Shown: positions 1 to 6,515 of the stretch, piece after piece | How positions within the stretch are numbered: position 1 is the stretch's first letter | Layout: each line of letters opens with the position of its first letter | DNA from: Bacteroidales bacterium | GTDB lineage: Bacteria > Bacteroidota > Bacteroidia > Bacteroidales > WCHB1-69 | Direction: 5' to 3' | Assembly (NCBI GenBank): GCA_016288655.1 | Contig: JAEEKX010000045.1 | Location: 980-64,979, forward strand | DNA length: 64,000 nucleotides | The notes under the pieces: model-generated | Databases searched by the model: none | Told to the model about the DNA's origin: nothing | The model's input: the letters and a program-made list of their open reading frames with translations, nothing else | Position numbers and translations under genes: made by a program

Positions 1-1044
1 GTTGAATTGGCAAAGTATATCAATGCTTACCAGGAAGTTGTAGGCGGATACAGCAAAATAATCATTGGACCAAATTCAGTGGTACGAGGCAACGAAAAGA
101 ACTACGCAAAATTCATCAACAACAATTTACCCGATGAAAAGAAAATCAACAATGTCTATTTTGAAGATGCTGTTGCCAAAGCCATTCTTTTCAAGACGGC
201 TGAAAAACGTTATGGAACCAAAAAGAATGACTATTGCATTGGTGAACTACGTCAAGTGGCTGTGCCATATACAATTTCGCTAATCAGTTATCTTACAGAC
301 AACAAACTTGATTTGTATAAAATCTGGAAAAACCAATGCCTTTCAGAAGCGTTGTCGGATTTTATCTATGATTTGATGAAACAAGTCAATGCATTTATCA
401 TTGACAATTCGCCAATTACTCATTATATCGAGTGGGCGAAGAAAGACGAGTGTTGGGAGTTAGTTAAACAACATAATTGGAACTTCAATATCGAAGAAAT
501 CAAATCCGATTTGATTGATGAGAACAATCCACCAAAACGAAAAATCCTCACTGATGAGGGTGACTCTGAAGAGGAAGAAAAACACAAAGAAGAATTGTTA
601 CGAAGCATTCCTTTTGCTTTGTGGAAAAAGATCGGCGAGTGGGGCAAAGACGCAGGTTTCTTCGACCCCTCAAAACAAGGTTGGGCAAGCGATGTGGCTT
701 TTATTGTAAAGAATAACCGTCCATTTAGCAGCCGAGATAAAAACCATGCAATGTTTCTGTTTGAAATGGTGTTAAAACATAATCAAGAACTATTAGAAGA
801 AGCCGATACCATTACCGAATTTGAAAGTCAAGGTCCTGATCTTTTCGCAAATTCATCATCTGAAGAAATAACACTTGACCTGATTCAACGTATGGTTGAT
901 TGGGACAGAAGAAAACGTATTCTTGAAGATTGGAAATGGAAAGTAATGAACGATGTCGTTCAAGGCCGAAAGCCTCTTACCGACCGAATGAAATACGCAT
1001 TCTATCTCAACTTGGAAAAGTTGAAGAAAAATGGATTTGAATAA
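1..1044 (+). CDS. AIPR-like abortive-infection protein, C-terminal part (5' end lies outside the window)
   Basis: Frame 1 is open from base 1, and the track start at 7 is only an in-frame TTG. Codon usage is AT-rich, unlike the rest of the window. The N-terminal segment 'AKYINAY...IIGPNSVVRGNEKNYAKF' resembles the segment I recall from AIPR (PF10592) proteins. The family call is from memory only. Confidence 0.45.
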   Translation, partial: VELAKYINAYQEVVGGYSKIIIGPNSVVRGNEKNYAKFINNNLPDEKKINNVYFEDAVAKAILFKTAEKRYGTKKNDYCIGELRQVAVPYTISLISYLTDNKLDLYKIWKNQCLSEALSDFIYDLMKQVNAFIIDNSPITHYIEWAKKDECWELVKQHNWNFNIEEIKSDLIDENNPPKRKILTDEGDSEEEEKHKEELLRSIPFALWKKIGEWGKDAGFFDPSKQGWASDVAFIVKNNRPFSSRDKNHAMFLFEMVLKHNQELLEEADTITEFESQGPDLFANSSSEEITLDLIQRMVDWDRRKRILEDWKWKVMNDVVQGRKPLTDRMKYAFYLNLEKLKKNGFE

Positions 1045-1108
1045 TAATCCCCCTACGCCCCGCACCCCCTATATCCCCTTTCCCCTCACATTAAACACAC
1101 AACCCCTT

Positions 1109-1342
1109 ATGCCCCCCTCTCGCATCATCGGTATCGGAGAAACCGTATTCGACATTCTCTTCAAAAACAATCAGCCGCAGAAGGCCGTACCGGGCGGCTC
1201 AACGTTCAACAGCATCGTCTCGCTGGGACGGGCAGGCATGAACTGTGCCATGGCGCAACGCTGGAGTCAGGATGTCTGCCAACAATTAGGCAATAACATC
1301 AGCGATGAGCTGGTGGCAAAACTTCAAAATGAACGGATATGA
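1109..1342 (+). pseudogene. PfkB-family sugar kinase remnant, copy A (N-terminal ~45 aa joined in frame to the C-terminal ~30 aa)
   Basis: 'RIIGIGETVFDILF...AVPGGSTFNSIVSLGRAG' is a PfkB N-terminal signature. It runs directly into the C-terminal tail 'AMAQRWSQDVCQQL...LQNERI'. At 77 aa it is far shorter than the ~300 aa expected for a kinase. Confidence 0.7.
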
Positions 1343-1596
1343 AACACCTCCTCTACAAAACCCAAGGCACCTGCTCGCAGTTCATCGATGTGACCGTTGA
1401 TGACAACGGCGTCATCCAGCAGGTCTCGTTTTATGGCGGATGCGACGGAAACCTCCAAGGCATCTGCCGATTAGTCGTCGGTCAGAAAATCGACGACGTC
1501 ATCCCGAAACTCAACGGCATCCGCTGCGGAGGCAAACCCACCTCCTGTCCCGACCAGCTCTGCCGCGCGCTGGAAGAATTGAAAAGAAATTCATAG
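1339..1596 (+). CDS. TSCPD-domain small protein (TIGR03905-like), copy A
   Basis: 85 aa with 'GTCS...GGCDGNLQ...CGGKPTSCPDQL' Cys motifs. Its start overlaps the kinase remnant's stop in an ATGA. Confidence 0.75.
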   Translation: MKHLLYKTQGTCSQFIDVTVDDNGVIQQVSFYGGCDGNLQGICRLVVGQKIDDVIPKLNGIRCGGKPTSCPDQLCRALEELKRNS

Positions 1597-1640
1597 ACAT
1601 ATTTATAGTTTGTCCATCCCAATATTTTGAAAATAATATG

Positions 1641-1648
1641 TATTTTTG
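1641..1648 (+). promoter_or_regulatory. Bacteroidota sigma-A -7 box (TAnnTTTG)
   Basis: TATTTTTG lies 81 nt upstream of the ATG at 1729. Confidence 0.45.
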
Positions 1649-1728
1649 CTGGTGATTTATTAGTTGCGGAAAGTGAGCTTGAGATTGAATTAACAAGTTG
1701 ATTAGATAATTGATAATGAGAATCATTT

Positions 1729-3186
1729 ATGGAAGGAAACTATGACATACTTGTCAAGGAGCTCTGCAAATTGCCTAAAGAAACTGGTTGGGTGGAGTTT
1801 AAGCATAATAATGATGACCCTAAAATGATAGGGGAGGATGTTTGTGCCCTTGCAAATACTGCAACATTGAAAGACCATGACTTCGCCTATATGATTTGGG
1901 GTGTCGATGATGCCACGCACGATATTATAGGAACGTCTGTTAGGCTTGTGCAACTGAAGAAAGGGCAAGAAGATATTGAAAACTGGCTGCGACACCAGTT
2001 GTCGAGGAATGCAAATTTTGAATTTTTGGAAGCAGAAACAGACGGCAAACATATCGAAATAATCAGGGTTCACAAAGCATTGCATATTCCCGTCGCTTTT
2101 GAAAAAACCGAATACATACGCAGTGGGAGCTATACTAAGAAATTGAACGACTATCCCGAATTAATGGCTCAACTTTGGGATAAGTTACGCAACAGCCGAT
2201 TTGAAGACGTATGTCCTATTAAAGATTTGAGGTATGCCGAAGTGTTACAAATGATTGATGCCGGAGCCTATTTTTCTATGCTGAATATTCCCCATCCAAC
2301 CGAGGAAAATGAAGTGATGCACTATCTTGTGGAAGATGGCATTGTCGTCAAACTAGACAATGGACTTTTTGGCATTACCAATTTAGGAGCCATATTGTTT
2401 GCCAAAGACCTGAACAACTTTCCCAGATTGGGACGTAAAGCCATGCGTGTGGTTCAATATCAAGGGAAAAACAGGTTGATAATTCAAAAAGAAGAGACTT
2501 TTAAAACGGGCTATGCTATCTGCTTCGAAGATATTGTAAGATATGTCACCGCCCTTTTGCCAAGTAACGAAGATGTTACCGCTGTAGCGCTGACTACAAA
2601 AAGCAAATATCCTCTTCCATCCGTGAGAGAAGCTATTGCCAATAGTTTAATCCACCAAGATTTGTATATAACTGGTGCTGGTCCTGTAGTGGAGGTCTTT
2701 GAAAATCGGATAGAAGTAACCAATCCCGGCACACCATTGGTGGACATAATGCGAATTATCGACAATCCCCCCAAGTCAAGAAATGAGAAATTGGCATCCC
2801 TAATGCGTCGAATGAAGATGTGCGAGGAGTTGGGACGCGGATGGGACAGAATGGTTATTGCTTGCGAAATGCAGTTTCTTCCAGCACCAAGAATTGAAAT
2901 TTTCGAGGAATCGACAAAAGTTACTTTGTTCTCTGAAATGGAGTACAAAAACATTCCCGCTGATGACAAGTTGTGGTCGTGTTATCTTCATTCTTGTCTG
3001 ATGTTTGTTCAAGGTGATGCTTTAACTAACACCTCTTTGCGTGATAGGTTTGGACTTAAAGAATCATCGGCCGGCAGTGTTTCAAGGCTTATTAAAGAAG
3101 CTGTCGAAACACATAGAATAAAGCCCATTGATCCCAATACAGCTAAAAGATATATGCGATATGTTCCTGTATGGGCGTCTGTTTAA
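1729..3186 (+). CDS. Schlafen/AlbA_2 (divergent AAA) + HATPase_c_4 + C-terminal wHTH-like protein ('RecG-like putative DNA-binding/ATP-binding protein')
   Basis: 485 aa. The N-terminus 'ETGWVEFKHN...IGEDVCALANT...YMIWGVDD' matches AlbA_2. The central 'REAIANSLIHQDLYITGAGPVVEVFENRIEVTNPG' matches HATPase_c_4. The gene is AT-rich. Confidence 0.7.
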   Translation: MEGNYDILVKELCKLPKETGWVEFKHNNDDPKMIGEDVCALANTATLKDHDFAYMIWGVDDATHDIIGTSVRLVQLKKGQEDIENWLRHQLSRNANFEFLEAETDGKHIEIIRVHKALHIPVAFEKTEYIRSGSYTKKLNDYPELMAQLWDKLRNSRFEDVCPIKDLRYAEVLQMIDAGAYFSMLNIPHPTEENEVMHYLVEDGIVVKLDNGLFGITNLGAILFAKDLNNFPRLGRKAMRVVQYQGKNRLIIQKEETFKTGYAICFEDIVRYVTALLPSNEDVTAVALTTKSKYPLPSVREAIANSLIHQDLYITGAGPVVEVFENRIEVTNPGTPLVDIMRIIDNPPKSRNEKLASLMRRMKMCEELGRGWDRMVIACEMQFLPAPRIEIFEESTKVTLFSEMEYKNIPADDKLWSCYLHSCLMFVQGDALTNTSLRDRFGLKESSAGSVSRLIKEAVETHRIKPIDPNTAKRYMRYVPVWASV

Positions 3187-3205
3187 TTTGCTGGTAATTT
3201 GCCAA
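3184..3205 (+). repeat. 22-bp direct repeat, copy 1 (TAATTTGCTGGTAATTTGCCAA)
   Basis: Identical to 3273-3294. It is itself built from two TAATTTGC half-units and overlaps the stop codon of the 1729-3186 gene. Confidence 0.9.
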
Positions 3206-3272
3206 GATGAATAATAGGATGTGTGTGTTGTGTTATAAAATATTGATAACCAGCATTATATAAATCACAATC

Positions 3273-3294
3273 TAATTTGCTGGTAATTTGCCAA
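3273..3294 (+). repeat. 22-bp direct repeat, copy 2
   Basis: Exact copy of 3184-3205, located 89 bp downstream. Confidence 0.9.
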
Positions 3295-3416
3295 TGAGAA
3301 AAAAGTAATAGGTGCTCTCCAGATGCTCGCAATAGATCGATGTGATGGATATTTGGTAGGCGAAGTTGGAAAAACGGACGAAACACACATAACCCAATGA
3401 TTAACAACTATTTAAA

Positions 3417-3815
3417 ATGAACCCCTCTCGCATCATCGGTATCGGAGAAACTGTATTTGACATCCTCTTCAAGAACAATCAGCCACAAAAGGCAGTGCCG
3501 GGCAGCTCAACATTCAACAGCATCGTCTCGCTGGACGGCAAGTTGCCCGAGATGAGCAAAGACGATGTGGTGCTGTTCGGGTCGTTCTTCGCCATCAATC
3601 CGGCCATCCGTCCTGTGGTGGGCGGCTTGCTGCGGAAGGCGCATGAGGCAGGCGACAACTTCAATGCGGGTTATATTTATGCAAAGATGCAAGGCATCGA
3701 CGACCAAGCCCGGCGCATCGCCATGGCGCAACGCTGGAGTCAGGATGTCTGCCAACAATTAGTCAATAACATCAGCGATGAGCTGGTGGCAACACTTCAA
3801 AATGAACGGATATGA
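3417..3815 (+). pseudogene. PfkB-family sugar kinase remnant, copy B (three in-frame fragments)
   Basis: It has the same N-terminus as copy A. This is followed by a mid-gene piece ('DVVLFGSFFAINP...') and the 'DNFNAGYIY' part of the PfkB signature-2 region, then the same C-terminal tail. It is only 132 aa. Confidence 0.7.
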
Positions 3816-4063
3816 AACACACTCTCTACAAAACCCAAGGTACTTGCTCGCAGTTTATCGACATTACCGTCGATGACAACGGCGTCATCCAGCAGGTCTT
3901 CTTCATGGGCGGATGCGACGGAAACCTCCAAGGTATCTGCCGCCTAATCACTGGCCAGAAAATCGACGACGTCATCCCAAAACTCAACGGCATCCGCTGC
4001 GGCGGCAAACCCACCTCCTGTCCCGACCAGCTCTGCCGCGCACTGGAACAACTGAAAAAATAG
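3812..4063 (+). CDS. TSCPD-domain small protein (TIGR03905-like), copy B
   Basis: 83 aa. By my count 75 of 83 aligned residues are identical to copy A. It has the same ATGA coupling to the upstream remnant. Confidence 0.75.
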   Translation: MKHTLYKTQGTCSQFIDITVDDNGVIQQVFFMGGCDGNLQGICRLITGQKIDDVIPKLNGIRCGGKPTSCPDQLCRALEQLKK

Positions 4064-4068
4064 CCACT

Positions 4069-4224
4069 ATGTCCCTCCTCCGTGTCCTTTTAGCCATCAT
4101 CTTCCCGCCCCTCGCCGTCATCGACCGCGGGTGCGGGTCGGTGCTTATTGTATTCCTCCTCACCTGCGCCGGATGGGCGCCGGGCGTCATCGCCGCACTC
4201 GTCATCCTCAACAAGAACGAATAA
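4069..4224 (+). CDS. YqaE/Pmp3-family small membrane proteolipid
   Basis: 51 aa, 'MSLLRVLLAIIFPPLAV...GWAPGVIAALVIL'. It has two hydrophobic helices, and this is the first ATG inside the longer track ORF. Confidence 0.7.
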   Translation: MSLLRVLLAIIFPPLAVIDRGCGSVLIVFLLTCAGWAPGVIAALVILNKNE

Positions 4225-4226
4225 GT

Positions 4227-4706
4227 ATGAAAACCATTGCCGTTTCCGCCGCCATCATCCTCGACCCGCAGGGACGCATCTTCGCCACCCAGCGCGGGTA
4301 CGGCCCGTGGAAGGACTGGTGGGAGTTCCCCGGCGGCAAGATCGAGCCCGGCGAAACTCCCGAAGATGCCCTCATCCGCGAGATCCGCGAGGAACTGGCA
4401 GTTCACATCGAGATCGATGGCTTCGACCGAACCGTGGAATGGGACTACCCCGACTTCCACCTCGTCCTCCACTGCTTCTTCTGCCACATCACCGAAGGCA
4501 GCCCCAACCTCCTTGAGCACGAAGCCGCACGCTGGCTCGCCCCCGACGAACTCGCCTCCGTGCAGTGGCTCCCCGCCGACAAGGAACTCGTTGAGGAACT
4601 GCAAAATGAATCCTACAAACTTCCTTCAGCAGCCCCGAAGGAGCAAGACGGAAACAACCCCATACCAACGCAGCGCAGTATGGGGGGAAAGCCCTCCATC
4701 CCATGA
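4227..4706 (+). CDS. Nudix hydrolase, MutT/NudG-like (deoxy)nucleoside-triphosphate pyrophosphohydrolase
   Basis: The Nudix box 'GGKIEPGETPEDALIREIREELAV' is present, with 'MKTIAVSAAIILD' as a plausible start. The track ORF's N-terminal extension overlaps the previous gene. Confidence 0.8.
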   Translation: MKTIAVSAAIILDPQGRIFATQRGYGPWKDWWEFPGGKIEPGETPEDALIREIREELAVHIEIDGFDRTVEWDYPDFHLVLHCFFCHITEGSPNLLEHEAARWLAPDELASVQWLPADKELVEELQNESYKLPSAAPKEQDGNNPIPTQRSMGGKPSIP

Positions 4707-5248
4707 CCGACACTCTCACCCCCTCCCAACGCCATACCGTCATGTCGCACATCCGCAGCCGCAATACCCAGCCCGAACTGCTGGTGCGGCGCTGGCTGTG
4801 GCACCACGGCTACCGCTACCGACTCAACGTGAAGGGCGTGCCCGGTAAACCCGATATCGTGATGCGCAAGTACCGCACCGCCATCTTCGTCAACGGCTGC
4901 TTCTGGCACGGCCACGAAGGGTGTGGCAAGTTCAGGATGCCGCAATCCAACGTCGCGTTCTGGAAGAGCAAAATCACCCGCAACCGCGAACGCGACCGGA
5001 AGAACTACCAACTGCTGCAGGACAACGGCTGGCAGGTGCTCGTGGTGTGGGAGTGCCAACTGCATCCCAAGTTGTTGGAAAACACGATGTTGCAAGTGGA
5101 GGTGCAACTCCAGAACTATTTCCTCCAAACGTTCGGCCCGAAGTCCGTGAAATACATCCACCTTCCCGCAGAGGATGACACTCCCATGGCCGCTGAATCC
5201 GCTGAAGAGTACGAAACGACATCCAATTCCAAAGGTCAGTGCCGATAG
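4703..5248 (+). CDS. vsr: Very-short-patch repair endonuclease
   Basis: 'SRNTQPELLVRRWLW..GYRYR...GKPDIV....AIFVNGCFWHGH' is the Vsr signature. The start overlaps the Nudix stop in an ATGA. Confidence 0.85.
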   Translation: MTDTLTPSQRHTVMSHIRSRNTQPELLVRRWLWHHGYRYRLNVKGVPGKPDIVMRKYRTAIFVNGCFWHGHEGCGKFRMPQSNVAFWKSKITRNRERDRKNYQLLQDNGWQVLVVWECQLHPKLLENTMLQVEVQLQNYFLQTFGPKSVKYIHLPAEDDTPMAAESAEEYETTSNSKGQCR

Positions 5249-5311
5249 TCCCAATTTGATCCCAACGTTGAGGATCGGTTCCTTTGTTCCTTGAATTTGT
5301 AAAATTTGTAG

Positions 5312-5319
5312 TATCTTTG
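5312..5319 (+). promoter_or_regulatory. Bacteroidota sigma-A -7 box (TAnnTTTG)
   Basis: TATCTTTG lies 141 nt upstream of the ATG at 5460, which implies a long leader. Confidence 0.4.
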
Positions 5320-5459
5320 CCGCGGCTTCGGCCTGATGAAAAACATCAACCACGAAAAATGAAAGAGTCGCACCAGCCGATCCGGCAAGATCGTGGATAA
5401 ATATGTGGAAATGAATGCCGTGAGAATATAGCAGAAGATATTCACTGAAAAATCAATAT

Positions 5460-6506
5460 ATGATGAAAGAAAAATATATGAAAAGAAACCGTTGGATGAA
5501 GGCCCTCTGTTTCGCCGCCGTCCTGCTGCTGGCCGTTGTGGTCGTCGCCATGCAGAGCGACGCCTGTCCTGCGCCGCACAACCTCCAGTCCGACGCCCTG
5601 CAAAAGGGTCACCGCGACACCGTGCGCTTCGTCGGCGACACGATGATCGTCTGTACTGAACTCCTCGGCAAGAAGATCCAAGGCTATGCCGGCACCGTGC
5701 CGCTTGACGTCTATCTCCTCCACGGCAAGGTTGTCAAGGTGGTGGCTCTGCCCAACAACGAGACGCCAAGCTTCTTCCAAAGCGCCGCCGCCATTCTCGG
5801 CAGTTGGAACGGACTGACGCCGAAGCAGGCCCTCGCCAAAAAGGTCGATGCCGTCAGCGGCGCCACATTCTCCTCCAGGGCTATCGTCGGCAACGTGAAG
5901 GCCGCCCTCGAGTATGCCTCCACCGTCGATGAGAAGGCCCTGCGCGCGAAGGCCGGCAACGGCACTGCGCAGGCCACCCCGCAGTCGGCCGGCTTCCACC
6001 CCATCGACGTGATGAAGCCCGGCGCCCTGCAGGCCGGCTTCCCCTTCTTCACCGACGACGACGGCCACGGACTGCTGCTCTGCAGCGGCGATGTCCAGGC
6101 CCACAACGCGATGACCATCGGCTGGGGCGGCCTCGGCACCCTGTGGAGCCGTCCCACCGTCACCGTCTATGTCGCTCAGGCGCGCTACACCCACCAGTTC
6201 ATGGACAAGTACGCGTACTTCACCGTGATGCACTTCCCCGACAACCGCGTGGTCGATTATATGGGGTCGCACTCGGGCCGCGACGGCGACAAGGCGCAGG
6301 CGCTGGGATTGCACACACTCTACACTGAGAACGGCACGCCCTACTACGCCGAGGCCGACCTGGTGATCGAGTGCCGCACGATGTACGGCCAGGACTTCGA
6401 CCCCGCTCAATTCCGCACCGACGCGCCCCGCAACTTCTATGCACGCTCTAGTTCCGGCGTCCACACGATGTACATGGGCGAGGTGGTAAGCGCGTGGCAG
6501 AAGTGA
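5460..6506 (+). CDS. Exported FMN-binding domain protein fused to a flavin-reductase-like domain
   Basis: It has an N-terminal signal/anchor ('ALCFAAVLLLAVVVVA') and an FMN_bind motif 'DAVSGATFSS'. The C-terminal half carries 'NAMTIGWGGLGTLW...YFTV', typical of flavin reductase/flavoredoxin-like domains. Confidence 0.7.
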   Translation: MMKEKYMKRNRWMKALCFAAVLLLAVVVVAMQSDACPAPHNLQSDALQKGHRDTVRFVGDTMIVCTELLGKKIQGYAGTVPLDVYLLHGKVVKVVALPNNETPSFFQSAAAILGSWNGLTPKQALAKKVDAVSGATFSSRAIVGNVKAALEYASTVDEKALRAKAGNGTAQATPQSAGFHPIDVMKPGALQAGFPFFTDDDGHGLLLCSGDVQAHNAMTIGWGGLGTLWSRPTVTVYVAQARYTHQFMDKYAYFTVMHFPDNRVVDYMGSHSGRDGDKAQALGLHTLYTENGTPYYAEADLVIECRTMYGQDFDPAQFRTDAPRNFYARSSSGVHTMYMGEVVSAWQK

Positions 6507-6515
6507 TCGCAGGGG

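Noticed and set aside
5336-5400. Two ATGA-overlapping mini-ORFs (MKNINHEK, 5336-5362; MKESHQPIRQDRG, 5359-5400) and a CCACGA...TCGTGG hairpin (5350-5396) in the leader of the FMN-binding gene. I considered a leader-peptide attenuator or a riboswitch.
   Set aside because: There is no resemblance to the conserved cores of the FMN riboswitch or any other riboswitch I know. The peptides have no telling codon bias, and nothing beyond what short ATG-stop pairs produce by chance supports them. This would only be worth revisiting if the leader proves to be conserved.
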